Source: the human T2T-CHM13v2.0 reference genome, Homo sapiens. Taken from it: a stretch of 64,000 bases of DNA. The notes below the pieces were generated by a model. The model was given only the letters and a program-made list of their open reading frames with translations, had not been told where the DNA came from and did not search any database. Position numbers and translations under genes: made by a program. Location of the stretch: the NCBI RefSeq assembly GCF_009914755.1, contig NC_060926.1. One strand, 5' to 3'. Below are positions 47,872 to 63,945 of the stretch, one piece after another (positions within the stretch are counted from its first letter, which is position 1; each line of letters starts with the position of its first letter).

Positions 47872-48597
47872 TAGTCTTTTCCTTGGATATAGACTGGATG
47901 GGAGTTTTATTTCTGTGCCTCCCTTAAGAGTGTAATCAGTAGATGCACATCTCTCTTTTCCCCTCTTTGTAACTTTCAGAATAGAGAGGAATTTTTAATA
48001 ATCTAAAATAATGATGCTAACATGGTAGGTCATGGCTTAAATGGGACAGTTGGTGATCAAGCAATTGAGATAATCAAAGGCCATGAATGGCCATGGCTCT
48101 CTCCTTACAATTATCCTTTGAATAAAAAGTGACAGCATGACATGGAATAAAGATACAAACTTTTATTTCATTGTTTCTAAATGAAAGCCACCATATAAAA
48201 GCAACAGGTTAATGATGGTCCAGATGTAGCACAAGTGCTTGTTCAATTCACAGAAAATGATTGCATGAGGCATGTTCAGTTTCACTTGGACATGACCCAT
48301 CGAATTTATCACAGGGAGAAACAGAGTGGAGACTCATTAACTTTCTGCCTATCATATTTATTTTTTATGCAGAATCAGTTTTAATCCCTATGGGAGGAGA
48401 AATAAGCGTATTCACAGTGACATCTGAGATATAAAAGAAAGTCCCCATGGTGAGGTCTGAGACATGGGAGAAAGTCTCCATTACATAAAAAACTTTTATG
48501 CCTTTTATCCCATACCCCTTTGAAAACTGGGGACAGACACTTGTGACTTTTGTCTTCATTCATTAAAAATTCACTTTTATCTCATGGAGGGTGCTGA

Positions 48598-48717
<120 letters not shown>

Positions 48718-49312
48718 AGATGCAGACACCCCAGCCCCATTATTAAATCAACCTGAGCCACATGTTATCTAAAGGAACTGATTCACAACTTTCTCAGAGA
48801 TGAATATTGATAACTAAACTTCATTTCAGTTTACTTTGTTATGCCTTAATATTCTGTGTCTTTTGCAATTAAATTGTCAGTCACTTCTTCAAAACCTTAC
48901 AGTCCTTCCTAAGTTACTCTTCATGAGATTTCATCCATTTACTAATACTGTATTTTTGGTGGACTAGGCTTGCCTATGTGCTTATGTGTAGCTTTTTACT
49001 TTTTATGGTGCTGATTAATGGTGATCAAGGTAGGAAAAGTTGCTGTTCTATTTTCTGAACTCTTTCTATACTTTAAGATACTCTATTTTTAAAACACTAT
49101 CTGCAAACTCAGGACACTTTAACAGGGCAGAATACTCTAAAAACTTGATAAAATGAAATATAGATTTAATTTATGAACCTTCCATCATGATGTTTGTGTA
49201 TTGCTTCTTTTTGGATCCTCATTCTCACCCATTTGGCTAATCCAGGAATATTGTTATCCCTTCCCATTATATTGAAGTTGAGAAATGTGACAGAGGCATT
49301 TAGAGTATGGAC

Positions 49313-49457
<145 letters not shown>

Positions 49458-49816
49458 TAAGGAATACTGGTTTGCAGTTTTGTTTTCTGGACTATATCAG
49501 CAGATGGTAGACAGTGTTTATGTAGATGTGTTGTTGTTTTTATCATTGGATTTTAACTTGGCCCGAGTGAAATAATCAGATTTTTGTCATTCACACTCTC
49601 CCCCAGTTTTGGAATAACTTGGAAGTAAGGTTCATTCCCTTAAGACGATGGATTCTGTTGAACTATGGGGTCCCACACTGCACTATTAATTCCACCCACT
49701 GTAAGGGCAAGGACACCATTCCTTCTACATATAAGAAAAAAGTCTCTCCCCAAGGGCAGCCTTTGTTACTTTTAAATATTTTCTGTTATTACAAGTGCTC
49801 TAATTGTGAACTTTTA

Positions 49817-49822
49817 AATAAA
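49817..49822 (+). terminator. Polyadenylation signal AATAAA of CPS1
   Basis: AATAAA followed ~30 nt later by ggttttattttatgttg (downstream element). Confidence 0.85.
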
Positions 49823-50466
49823 ATACTATTAAGAGGTAATGCAGTTGAATCTGGTTTTATTTTATGTTGCTGTACAAAAATCAGTTTACTTCTATGATAA
49901 AATAGGGTTTTGGGCCAGGATTGCATTGCTTATTTATTTTTTCCATGCAAACCCATATAGGGATGAGAAAATTAATGTTAAAAATAAGTTTTAGCTGTCA
50001 CATTTTTCATTTTTTCTTGTCCCTCCCTTGCTTTTAAGTCTCATCATAACATTATGTGGTTATATGGCTATAAACCATCTTTGATCTGGATCCTTTCTAA
50101 TGTATAACTACAACCACAAACCGATTAAAGATTGCCACAAATATATAGTAAACTTTCAAACAAATGTCTTGCATAACTCAGAAAAGTAACTTAACCCAAT
50201 CAGAGGCTGACCAGCATTGTCTGATGGAAATAGTGCCAATGAGCACACTGATGCCATATCCCCAATTTACCACCGAAACTATGGCTTTGTGAAGGTCCTA
50301 AGATAATTATGCTATAACAGCTTTTATTTCTTCCTTGTTACCTCACAGTCAATTGATTACCACTTTGTATAGCTCTAGACGAATGCTTAAAGTAATTCAT
50401 CTTCTCTCCCCCTCACTTCCTTGTTCTTCCTGTGGTCAAGACTTTCATTACTTCTTCCCTGTAATC

Positions 50467-50691
<225 letters not shown>

Positions 50692-50859
50692 CCCTATAAT
50701 CATATAATTATGTAATCCCTGATCACTTTGATTCATTCACCTGAAAATATTTAATGAGTTTCTTCCATGTTTCATGTAGAATATATCACAATCTCTCCTA
50801 CTATTATTCTAGCATGTTTCTGTTACATATCACCAGCACCACAACCACCATCACCATAA

Positions 50860-51030
50860 TAATTAACATTATGGAGTCCATACTATTTTTCAGGCATTTG
50901 TAAGTACTTTACATGAGTTAACCTAGTTAATCCACAAAATATCCCTGTGAGTAGGTGCTGTTATCTCCATACTATAAATAAGAAAACTTAGGCATACCAA
51001 AGTTAAGTAACATGCTCAAGGTCACACGAA
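50860..51030 (-). mobile_element. MIR fragment
   Basis: ccctgtgagtaggtgctgttatctcc...gttaagtaacatgctcaaggtcacac. Confidence 0.7.
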
Positions 51031-53784
51031 ATGGAGTCTCACTTTTCTGTATCATATTCTGGTGAAGGTAGGCATGTAAAAAGAAATCATTTCTCACAGT
51101 AAAGAAAATAATTTGCCTGCAGAGATCAGGGAAGGGCATTTTAAGGAGATGGATTCATGTGTTGCCTTGAATAAGATCTTGCAGTTGCCAAGGAAGACTA
51201 GAAGGTAAGGACATTTAGGAAAATGACAATGACGTTGTTATGACTGGAGCTCAGGGTATGTGTGGAGGGAAAGGGCTAGTAGCAGAAGTTGAGACTGGAC
51301 TCTTAATGGTGGATGTTTAAACTAGGTAGAAGTTTTAAAACTTTTTATTTGGAAATAATTTTGGATTTAAATTTTAAAAGTAAAAAAATCCCCAGATCTA
51401 CCTATTGGTAATATTTTACTTCATTTGCTTTATTCTACTCTTATCATCTATTTCTCTATCTAAACACACTTGACACACATACATATTCACAGAGGAAGAT
51501 AAAAATTACATGTTGACTAAAAGTGAGCAGGCTGTTAGTGACCAATTTAGATATGTAACTCAATGTTTTAAATAAACAATTGTTTGCTGAAACTGTCAAA
51601 AACTCAATTAGTTAATCATTGTATTGTGAGAATTTAATAAAGGGTCCTAATTTTTATATTAATGTGAGCCGGCTATTTGTAAGATATGGTAAAATTTGAA
51701 GATTAATAATAATTAATTTAACATTGTGTCTATATAAACTCTGTTTTTTGTTGACAAAAGGGCTTTGGAAAACCAGAAGACAGGATAGACCTCATGGTGC
51801 TGAAAATGGAATTACATTAATTTTTGTTTTGGTTGCCTTTCTGTTTTCCAACATTCCAAACTTTAAAAAGACTTAACAACAGATAAATAACACATTTAAG
51901 ATCTTTGGTTGGAGGAGAGAAATCCAAGAAAGTAGAAACATTTGTGCTCAGATTTGGCAAGGCTTTGTCCTTTTGGAACATATTTATTCTTTCATATAAA
52001 CATGTTAACACATTTTTAAATGTCCAAATCTATTATATATCACAAGTTCGGACAACACAGGGTCTATGTCTGTAGAGCTGAATAACAAATCTAAGTAGCT
52101 TTTTCCATACTGAGAATTTAATGGTGTGCAAGAAGGATGGGCTCTATTGAAGAGGGAGAAAAGGAGCTCAGCCAGCTTGTGAAATGAAGAGGAATAAAGA
52201 ATGATCCATTTATAGATTTAGGATTTTATAGCTTTGGAGAGGTAAGTATAATATTTTAACTTCACTTCTGTCAAACTTTCCTCTTAAACAGAATTCCTAT
52301 TGGAAACTTAAAAACAACTATAACAGTCATTTATCTCAACAGCTGCAGGTACTTGAACCTCAGCTTCCACAGTGTCCACAGCCTCTTGAACAATGAAAGT
52401 GGAAATTATCAGAGAAACAAACCATGGCTGAATGCAGTTGAGTGCTCTGTAATTACATGCCAGTGTTGCCATTTGGCTGCTGGTGTAGTCTCCTGTGGGC
52501 ACAGGTGCCATAAATGCTCACACACACCCAATCAAATCCACAAAGACCTTTCATTACATATCATTTGAGACACCCTTAACTTAAAAAAGACTAGCTCAAG
52601 TTTAGTTCTTTCCCTTTGTTCTTATATATAAAAATTCCATTTTTCCTAATTAATATTACTGTGCTATTTCATGAGAAGCTGTTACAATTGGCGAGTGTGA
52701 AGGTAATGTGGTAGGAGGAAGAATGTCTTTCCTCCCTGAGTGGCTCCCTGGGCTCTGTGAAAAATTGGTAATAATCATTCCTACTTCTTTTCTTGTGCAT
52801 AACGTAGGGTGCAAAGGTGCCAGAAAGAGAATTTAAGTACCTACAGCTGTTGAGATCAATGCAGCTATGGAAACAAAGACTTAGCAAGTCAAAATTAGCA
52901 CCATTTGTGTATGCTTCTTGTTGCTTAAAGATCATTTTTGAGTCTTTACAACTTTCATTTTATAAAGGACTTACATCCACAAAGAAAACCATTGATTGTT
53001 GACCAAAACAAACAAACAAAATAGGGTTTTCCAGCAGGACTAAAGGTCTACTCTCTCCTGAAACGACCAGCCTACCTAATTATTTTGCTAAGGTGTTCCC
53101 TATTAGAATCACACACACCACAGTGAGGAGCTTTTGTTCAGAAGAAGCAACACCAGCAGCCTCACAAAAAAGTGGGAAAGATGTGTATGTCCCCAAATGA
53201 TAATTTTGCTCACAACACTCAGTATTGTTGGGCAGCCATAGTGAAGACAGACAAAATATGACCAACATTTAGAAAGGAGTGAGAATTCAACAAGATCAAA
53301 ATGTGTTATTAAAGGACATAAATCACTTGAAAATGTGTTTTAATAATAAAGGATACATTCTAATATCCAGGGCCCAGACAACTATGTTTTCCTGTCTGAA
53401 ATTTACAGGCATTCAGTAATCTCTTTAGTGACCTTTCTTCTCTCTGCCTATGCAAGGCCTCGAAGGTTGAAATGCGGCAGGATGTTGAGGACTTTGTCAT
53501 AAAAGAAATATCCTGCTAAGTGTTTTCCATAACTCTTCAGAAATTTCCTCATAGGAGACTGCAAATGAAATGTATAGGGAATAATATAATTAGACTGTAA
53601 AATTCGCTGAACTCCCCATTCAAGAGGAATTACATGTGGATCCTTTTTAAAAAATGTTTTCTAATTAAACTGAGGACATAATGTTATATTATTTTCCAGG
53701 TTCAATACACTTCCTTTCCCACTCATAACTAAAATATAGAGAGAGCTGGAGGGGAAAAATAGTATTATTGTAGTTAAAAAGTGA

Positions 53785-54103
<319 letters not shown>

Positions 54104-55314
54104 CTGTAGAGAGTTTAATAACTGTGAGGCCTAAGCATTTGATGTGAATTAGGCTCACATTTTATTCATTGGGTTGGAATAAGATAAGGCAACACGGAGT
54201 TAACTTTCTCAACATTGAGGAAGCCTCCAGGGCAAAAAATTATTTGTGCCAAATCTATCATTACGTGCCTTAGAATCCTGAGCAAAGCCCTGCTTGCTTC
54301 AGAGGTACCTCACTAACTCTAGTGCCCTGGTTCTGCTGAAATCTGTGGATCTGTGGAGCCCCAGGGACTTCTTAACGCAAATGGATGGTGCTTGGCAGAC
54401 TGACTCCTCCTGGTATGGTCCCTGGCTTATTTACCTTATTGGATTTTGCTATGCTAACCTCTGGAAGGCTGATATTCTCAAGAATAAAAGAAATGCAAAG
54501 GTTCTTTGGTTGTTGTACTCATTGTACTAATGTTGATGTGATGAGGTGGGTTTTAATCAATGGTGGTTTTCTTTGGTCCATTAAGGTTGTCACTATAAAT
54601 AATTCCACATCATTTCAGCATCTCTTTACTTCAACCTGATACAGCTAAGAGACAATCATGACTCTCTGGTACGTAATTCAGATCTATAGAAGGTAAGGCC
54701 ATATTTATTTTATTGACTGTTGTGTTCCCAGAGCTTAAATATAGTTGATGTTCAAAACTATTGAATCTTCAATATTTTGATACTAAAAAATGATTGTAGG
54801 GAGATGTGTTTGGTCCTTTCTTTTAGTTCCAAGTTCTTATCTCCTCTCTTGGCTGCAGGGATCTCAAACCACTGTTTGTGTTAAGCCTTCAGCCTCAGCC
54901 TTGCCCTGTAGGTACTCAAGAAACTAGCACAGTTTATGTGCCTTTATGAAGGAAACACTGATAAACATTAATTGTTCCAAATATTTAATCTATTTGATGC
55001 TATGAATAGATCTGTTATCTTCAATCTTAGTTATTGTTCCAGTCATTTAATGAAGGCTTGTATATATCTCCATGCCCATAGTATTAAGTATGTACTTATC
55101 TCTAAAAATGTATTCATATTTTCACTTATTCTTTCTCCATTATGGTTTGCTCATGACCACTTACTGTTCCTTTTACTTCTTAATTTCAATTTATAGAATA
55201 TTTCATATAGTATATTCATTTAAATCTATATTTTGATAGAAAATAAACAATTTAGGAGTGTGTCATTTCATGTATATCTCTATCACTTTTCTAAGCTTCT
55301 TTGTGTCTTAACCT

Positions 55315-56230
55315 TCATTCATTAAGTTCACAAATATTTACTGAGTAGCTTTAATAAAATACAACATTTTTAGACTTTCAAAGCTTATAGCCTAGTGATG
55401 AACAGAGAGAGAAAAAACCTATTACAATAGAGCTTGGTTTTAAGGCATTTTAGAGATTGAAAGGGAAATTTAGGGGGCTATATTAACAAATGACGGGGCA
55501 GATCAAGGAAGGCATGCTTCCATGAGAAAGTAACATCTAAGCTGAAACCCAAAGGATAAATAAAAATTTGCCAGGCCAAGAAGTGTAGATGTGTTCTATA
55601 CAATGACAACAATGCGGATGAAGACCCAAGGCAAGAAAAACATCCTGTGTTTGAAGAATTGAAAGAAGCTGAGCATAACTGGAGCATTGTGCATACAGGG
55701 TTGATGATGAGGGTGGGGAAATCATAGAGCCTTATAAACCATGTTAAGGAGTTTGAACACTTTGCTAAGGATAAGAAGAAGCTGCTGAAGTGTTTTAAGT
55801 TAGAAGGTGACAATCACTTTTGCATTTTGGGAAAATTCAATTTGACTACAGAATGAAGAACGAATTAAATAAACTAGGATTGGAGGCAGAGAGACTAGTT
55901 AGGAAGCCATTATAATGATACAGGAGGAAGAAAGAGAAGGAGGGAGAGAAAGAGAGGAGAGGATAGAGAGAGATTGCTTGGACTAGAGTAGGAAAGAGAA
56001 ACCAATTTTAGGAATGATATTTTGGGGAGAAAGAACTGTCATGATGTATTTGGATGAGTAAGAGGAGGTACTAAGTTTCAGAGCTACACATTTCTGGCTT
56101 GGGAAAACAGTGAGAAGTCACCTGATTTTATTGGTCCCAGAGAGCCTGGGAGTGAGAAAAGGCTGAAAATGGTAAGTTCTGTTTCCAACATGTGAACTTC
56201 AGGTGTCTATTAGAGGTAGAATGAAAATGG
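55315..56230 (-). mobile_element. L2 LINE remnant (boundaries approximate)
   Basis: ttcattc...caaatatttactgag start; ggaggcagagagactagttaggaagccatt. Confidence 0.6.
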
Positions 56231-56239
56231 TATCTAGTC

Positions 56240-56490
56240 AGTGATTAAAAGCCAGACATTGGAGCTAGTCTTCCTGAGTTGGAATCCAGGCTCTGACAGT
56301 AGCTGCATAATCTTAAGTAGGTTGCTTAAATTTCCCATATCTCAGCTTCCTCTCTCATGTGGGAATAATAATACCTGCTCATAATGTTATTATGAGGGTT
56401 GGATTGAGAAAATGTGAATTAGGCACTTTGAATAGTACTGGGAACAGAGTAAGTGCTATGGTAAGTGTTAGTCATTATTATTGTTATTTT
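56240..56490 (+). mobile_element. MIR
   Basis: gagttggaatccaggctctg...ctcagcttcctc...gggaataataatacct...gttagtcattattatt. Confidence 0.7.
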
Positions 56491-57575
56491 TTCTATGGAA
56501 TGTCCAAATGGAGATATCTAGTAGGCAGTTGTATACTTAGTTTTAAAAATTGGAAAGCTGTTGGTTATAAGTACATATCTTAGCAAATATTATATTTTGA
56601 GAAACTATGACCCCTAAAACAGGAAGTCCTAATAGTCATCACTGACTCCTTAACAATGTAAAAGTGAAATTGATTCAATGTTAAAATGTTTAGAGATTCT
56701 TGAATTTAAAAAAATTCTAGAAATATAAAACTAAAAATTATTACTTTTGGTTGAACATTAAATATATATTTCAGTACTATAGCAAGTTTTAATATTCTAA
56801 AATATTAAATTGACCCAATTTTAAATAACTTTAAAGTGTTCATCAGAAATAATATAGCTTTATTGAGCAGAATCATAAAATTATAAAGCATAATTTAGTT
56901 GGCACAAATTTGGATTTCTGGAATGGCTTCAGTGACAGTTTGGTAGACAGTGTCTCTGTGTGATGGGGCTGGACATGCTTCACAGCATGTCATGCTGTGA
57001 TTTTCTGGGCACTGTGGTTACTTTTACTGAGCGGTTCTGATTATGGTAGAGGTGGACTTCAATGAGCTCAAGGAAATTCAGATTTTGATGAAAAAGTGCT
57101 GAAATATAATAGTGATATTAATAATGAACATGTTTTCAGCACTTACTCTATTATGTGGTATGCTAATGCTTTAATTATATGATCTCATTTTAATGCTTCC
57201 AGCATCCCTAATTTATAGATGTGAAGCTGAGGTTTAGAGAGGTGAAGCGGCCACCTGAGGTCACACAGAGGTGAAGGGAGGAAGTGTAGAGAAGCAATGA
57301 GTCTGCAGCAGCAGGGGAAAGAGTAAACAAGAGCAGGAGGGAGATCAAAGGAGTAGAGAGAAGCGGGAAGGAGGGAAGGACAAATCAGGAAGGAATGGTT
57401 GTTGTCTGAATACTCATTCAGTCACACAAACTGAATTTTGGATCCTTTTGAAGATGTCAATGAAAATGTGAACTACACTCAGAAGCGTTGGGAGCTAGAG
57501 GCCTTTCAGTGGACTCAGAGGATAGAGAAGTGTTCCCAGAGAGTAGCCAGCTTGTCTAGACTCATTCCTGAATGC

Positions 57576-57963
57576 AGTATTTGTCCATTCTCATGTTGCT
57601 ATAAAGAAGTACCTGAGACTGGGTAATTTATGAAGAAAAGAGGTTTAATTGACTCATGGTTCTGCAGGCTGTACAGGAAGCATGGTTGGGAAGGCCTCAG
57701 GAAACTTACAATCATGGCAGAAGGGCAAAGGGGAAGCTAGCACTTTCTTCACCTGGCAAAGCAGGAGAGGGAGACAGTGAAGGTTCAAGTGCCACACACT
57801 TTAAAAGCATCAGATCTCATGAGAACTCACTCACTATCATGAGAACACCATGGGGGAAATCTAACCCCATGATTCAATCACCTCCTACCAGGTCCCTCCC
57901 CCAACCCTGGGAATTATAATTCAACATGAGATTTGTGGGGGGACACAGAGCTAAACCATATCA
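57576..57963 (-). mobile_element. MaLR solo LTR (THE1D/MSTA-like)
   Basis: gctataaagaagtacctgagactgggtaattta...gagaactcactcactatcatgagaac...ggacacagagctaaaccatatca. Confidence 0.9.
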
Positions 57964-58149
57964 CAGTGGAAACACTGATGGCCCAGTTACAGGGGAGAGT
58001 CAGAGCCCTATGTTTCTTTAGATGGATCCAAATATGAAAGTGAGATCTGGTTATAAATGTGAAGTGACTCCTTTGGGGTCTGGGGGCTTTGGTGTTGTGA
58101 TGATAGAATCACAATGTCAGGTGTGATTTCCTTGTGGCAGAGCCACATA

Positions 58150-58680
58150 TGATACTATTTTGGTTACCACTGCTGTATAACAAGCTACCCTAAAACTTAG
58201 TGAGTTAAAATAACCCTTTTATTATATTTCATAATTACATAGGTTAGAAATTTGGACCAGACTTGTATAATTCCTCTGCTCTTGTGACATTTGGCTGATG
58301 TCATTTGGGGTACTCAGCTGGTATTTTGGGTGGTCTTGAAGGTCCAAGACAGCTTTACTCACATGTATAGTGCCTTGGGCAGAATGACTGGAGGCATGGG
58401 CCTTGCTGAGGCTTTGACCAGGGTGCCTTCACTTGACCTCTCTAATGTGGAAGTCTCAAGCCAGTTGGCTCCTCCTAAAGTGAGCATTTGGAGAGACCTT
58501 AGTAGAAGTGGGAAGTCTTCTTATGACCTAGCCTTAGACCTTCCAGAATATCACTTTCACTGCACTCTGTTGGTCAAACACAACCCTAAGTTCAGCTCAT
58601 ATTCAAGGAGAGGGAAATTAAACTCTGTCTCTCAAAGGGAGGAGTAGCAAAGAATTTACAGCCATATATACTTAATCATA
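58150..58680 (-). mobile_element. MLT1-type MaLR LTR (old)
   Basis: ctgctgtataacaagctaccctaaaacttagtg...tcactttcactgcactctgttggtcaaa...attcaaggagaggg. Confidence 0.7.
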
Positions 58681-59229
58681 TACCTTTAACTCCAATTAGA
58701 CAACTTGCAAATAATTGGTTCAAAAGTCTGAAGTTTTCTGTGCATAGGTCACCATTACAGCTGTAAGCACTATTCAGAGTACAAATCTTATCAGTGTATG
58801 GACGGCATTTCTTTTTCATTTGAAGACATACCTATCTCCCAACAGCAGAAAACATTATTTTGTTGTTGAAGGCTAGGTGATACTTTAAAGTCAATTCAGG
58901 TCAAGGTCTATAATGATAGTAATTTTGACTGACTCAAAAGCAAAACAGAATCATTGCTTGAAAGATTTGGATGAGGTTTAGAAGAGTTACAGGCAGACAT
59001 TTTTGACATAGTTGCATAGCTAGAAATAGATAACAGATAATGTCTGCTTGGCTCTAACCATTACTTTGGACAGACTTTTCTAACAAGGCACCCATACATA
59101 GCATGCACACATGTGGGATTTTTTTTTTTGGTATCAATTAAAATGCTTTGCAACAGTAAGCACATGATAGGTTTTAAAGAAATGAGTGCATGTGTATGTA
59201 TACACATCCTTTTACCCTCTAGCCAACAA

Positions 59230-59480
59230 AGAATAGTAGAGTATAATGGTTAAAATCAAGCCTTCTTGGGTTTAAAGCCTGTCTCCACTGCTGACTTGCT
59301 GCCTAACTTTGGGCAAGCTATCTCAGCTCCCTGTGCTTCAGTCTACTCATTGATAAAGTGGCAGAAGTAATAGTAGCTAGTTTATAGAATTGTAAAATAG
59401 GTAAATAAAATCATCCATGAAGACTGCAATAGAAAAGTACATGCCACAAGGCAAAAACTCAATAAACAGTAGTTCTTAAA
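59230..59480 (+). mobile_element. MIR
   Basis: ctttgggcaagcta...ctgtgcttcagtctactcat...ctcaataaa. Confidence 0.65.
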
Positions 59481-61589
59481 AATTCCTTTTTAAAAATAAA
59501 CTACTGATTGCTGGGGACAGGTTAACCCTTTATAGATAAAAGGATCATTAGATCCGTAATGTCTTTGTTACTAAACATTCAAGGGATGCAACAGCAATTG
59601 ACCCACCATAGGATCCGATAAAATAATAATAATAATGAGCTTTAAAATATTTTCCATGTTTTCACACCTGGACACAAAGGTACCTGAAATTTAATGTAGA
59701 GATAGATATCCAGCTGCCTGGAAATGCTTCTCTTAACAGATAATGAAGATGGACAGTTTCTAAGGTACAATAAATGCCAAATATATAAAAACACATCCAG
59801 GAATTTAGTTCTTAAATAATTATTTTCTAAAATACAAGAACTAAACAGGTCAGTGGAGTATTTTGTCTACCACTACAAGGCAATGTTACACCATAGCTAC
59901 TTAGCTAAAAATATAGTGATTTTTTTTTAAATTAACTGTTGGAAAAATAGCCTCAACAAATTTGACTCACTAGCTACAATTAAGAAAAAGCCTATTAACA
60001 ATAATTGGTGGGTTATTAGTTTCTAAGAACCCATAATTAAATTTTATTGTCTTAGAAGTGATTTGGATTAATTATACCCATAGTAGACTGATGATCATTC
60101 CCCACTTTAGGGGAGGAGATAACAGTTTCATAGAATTCAGTCATTTACTGCAATCCTAGAGTATTTTGTTTCCTGCCAAGGCAAATCTGCCACAAAGCCC
60201 AGTTCCTCTTAGGATTTACTGAAAAGTGACAGGTGTTGATTTGCTGGTATCTTTCTCAATAGATCCGAATGAGCTAAACAAAATGACTTCTCTACCCATT
60301 TAGGCAGAAAAATAAATGGGGACCCCAGCTAATGAGGGAATGTAGAGTTAGCTGGACTCAAACTATTCCAAGCTGTTGGCAGCTGGAATCAAAAGAGGAA
60401 TCATGCAGACAGTTGCTCATGTTTATTGCTGAACATGAAATTAAAATGATGCTTCATCTTCTCCACAGGTGCAAGAACATATAGTTATTAATTATAGCAA
60501 AACATATTTATTGACAATCCCAAGCCTGAAAAATCTCACACTCAGCAAATGGCTTTTACATTTCATCTAAAAAGCACTTCAGAATCAATACAAAGGCATG
60601 GCATAGTTGATGAATCTGTGCCTAGGAAAATTTTGCATCCTGAAAACATGGCTTAGACTGTTAATATTTATGTAGTTAAACATCATCAATTCTTTGTTCT
60701 TGTAAGAAACCTGTTAAACAAAAATTTCCCCAATTTTCCATTGCTTTGATAGGTATGATTCCAAAATGTTTGAGTGATTGAGCTTATTTTGTTTTTCCCT
60801 AGAGGTTTTAAAAATAGTTGTATCCCTTCATTGAGCCACACAGCATATTAAGCCATTTGTACATTCATTCATCTAACAAATGTCTGTTGAACACCTGTTA
60901 TGTGGCAGGTACTATTCTAGGTGCTATGGAGAACATATAAATACACAAGAACTTAAACATCTTATGGCCTCTATGTTATGAAATGAAAAAACATACTATA
61001 AAAGAGCATTTGATCAAATATTGAGTTGTAACCAGTGAACCTGGAAGGCCATCTTAGTTCTGAGAAGGATAGGCACTTGAAGGATTTGCAGAGAGGGGGT
61101 CCTGAGTTGCCCACAGGTATTAAATGCACATGCATAATTTATGTGGTTGTTATTTTTTTTCAACTCATCTCATTCTAAATAGGATTTGAGACAACTTACA
61201 GAAATGTACACAGTACATTGTGATAAAAAATAAAGAGACAGGTAAATGTAACACTATGCAATAACTCCAGGGGTGAGCTCAGGACTCCAAATATGCACTG
61301 TAAGTTTCTGTCTGACTTTTGGAGATGGGTCTCAGATTTGGCCCTGAGATTCTTGGCAGCCAGGAATAGAAACAAGATTGGGTGTAAGAGAAATACTATC
61401 TCAGCTAGCACTTGAGTTGCTAGTTAGTCCTGTGTATAAATACCCAATATAAATATCTCTTATAAATCCTGAAGAGGAACACTGAAGGATATAACGTATT
61501 AAATCTCAAAGCTATTTATATAATATAAAGGCTAGATTTCATGGCTGTGTGTTCCTCAGTGTAGGTTGCTCCTTTCATAACACAGCTTT

Positions 61590-62120
61590 GTTTATTCATT
61601 CCTTCATTCATTTATTCAACTAAGAAATATTTAAAAGATTTATTGAGAACTTACAATTTGCTGGACACTGTTCTGGGCACTGAAGATAAAGTGGTGAACA
61701 AGACAGATAAGGTGTCAGAGATGACATACTGTTGGGAGAATAGGTGAATCATTAAACTCGGTTCAAATGATGATAAGTGTTATGAAGATGATACAACAGG
61801 ATTATGTGATGGGGAGTAACTAGGAAGATAAGAAAGACCTTAGATGAAAGATGATACTTGAGGACATTTAAATGACAAGAAGAAACCAGTCATGCCAAGG
61901 TTAGAAGGAAAGATGTTGCAAGTATAGAGAACAGCAATTGTGAGGTCTCAGAAGAGGAAACAATCTTGGTGAGTTGGAAAAATAACAAGGAAGCTGGTGT
62001 GCTAGAGCATAGTGAGTGAGAGGAAGAGAAGTTGAGATGCAATTACAAGAAGTCATAGTAACCTATGGTGAAACATGTCGATTTTATTGTAAGGGCAATG
62101 GGAAACAGGTCAAACAATTT
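61590..62120 (-). mobile_element. L2 LINE remnant
   Basis: ttcattccttcattcatttattcaac...tttattgagaacttac...ggacactgttctgggcactgaagata. Confidence 0.7.
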
Positions 62121-63374
62121 AGAATATCTGGAAAAATGGGTAACTGAAATCCTCTTTGAGTTCCACTGCTTGTCAAACACTTTTAAAAATTGAACATTAG
62201 ATAATTTGAAAATATCTTTTCTGGCAGGAACCTGAAAGTAAGAAAATCAGTGAATGTCAAGTTCCTCACCTCTAATTGCCATCTGAATTTGAGTACAGTA
62301 TTTGACAAGCCATATGATTCCAGAAAATTTTTAAGTGTCAGGTCTGTTCCAACAGATTAATCAAAGGACACTCAAGTTCCCAAAATTGTGTGCCAGAAAG
62401 TGGAATTTGGCATAAAATTTATACAATATGGTCATAATAATTTTCTTCTGAAAAAAAACAAAAAAGTAAAAGTGGGTGTTTCCAATCATTCATGGTAGCC
62501 ATAAACATATCAATAAGGTAACACCAGAATGCCTAATATTAATCAAAGACATTTTCCTGGTACATCTCCAAGATAAAATGTTTATAAAAATATACCCCTA
62601 GGTAACTAAATGAATTGACCTATGATATGAAGTTGTTAACTATAAGCCAATTAATCTTTGGAGATCTGCCAAAATGATTATTAAAGCTTTACAGTGGGTG
62701 TTATTAAGCCATACTTTCTGACAGTAATTAGGTGACAGGATCAGTTATCCACTGAGGCCACTCTTAGTTGATGACAGTGAAACACATGATTAGCATATAC
62801 AGCCATTCTTCCCCTCCCTTTGGTCTTTTCCTTGGGGTAGAGACAAGGAATTTTCTCATCAGTCAAGTCAGCCAGTAGAAAGTCTGCTTTCTCTAACCTG
62901 GGTTCTTGGGACTTCTAGGTAGTGGACTGCCTCGGGAGTAAGAATTTGATAATTATTCTAGTCTAGCTAAAGTTTTTCAATAGATGAGAGGATTTGAGCT
63001 ACTGGACAACCTCACCAAACCAGTTAAGAAGATGAAAAATATTAACTACATAGACCCAAAGACATAGTCTAAGATGGTCCAGGTCTGCCTTTTATGTTGT
63101 TTTGTGAAGAGGCACCACATTTCTGAGAGATTCAATAATATAATGTATTCCTGGTCTAGATTCGGCCACTCATCTCAGCCTGATTTGAGGAAGCAACACA
63201 CTATCTTACAGTATTTTTTAGACTCATAAAATTTTGAAGCAGATAGAAAAGGTAATTTGGAGAGGTCTCTCAAAAATCTTTTAGAAACAGGAAAATTAAG
63301 ACTTATGTGAATTACATAACTTGCTCAAGGGCAAGCTTATTAGTGATTGGCCTATACGGATATGTGCCGTGATT

Positions 63375-63945
63375 AATTTATTAGTTCAATAAGTTCTTAT
63401 TGAGTGCCTACCTTTTTCAAACATTATGATTGAGGATTCAATGATAAAAATGATTTTTTTAAACTGTCCTTATGGAGTTTACAGTCCACCAGGGACAACA
63501 TATACTAAATAAGTTTTATAATTCATTGTTAGAAAAATGACTAGAATGTAAAAATAGAAGCATGCTAAAAAATACACATGAGGGGTTAGGCTGATTTGAG
63601 GAATCCAAAAAGGCTTTCATGAGAAAGTAATATTAATGTTGATACCCAAAACAAGAGTTAATCAGGAAATGATAAGGGGTAAATGATGGAGTTTATAAGG
63701 GGAAGAAGAAGAAAGAAAACAAAGCCAAGAGTCGTGTGTAAAAGTCATGAGGCAGGTAGAAGCAAGGCGTGTACAAAGGTATTAATAAAGTCCAGTGTGA
63801 CTGACATACAGGAAGTAAAAATGGACTTACAAGGAGGCTGGAGAATTTGTTGGGGGACAGATCAGGCAGGGTCGCAATAGAATTTTAGATCATATCCCAA
63901 GAGCAATGGGAAAATATTGAATAGTTTTAAAAGATCATGAATTTA
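63375..63945 (-). mobile_element. L2 LINE remnant
   Basis: ttcaataagttcttattgagtgcctac...gtccttatggagtttacagtc...gagcaatgggaaa. Confidence 0.6.
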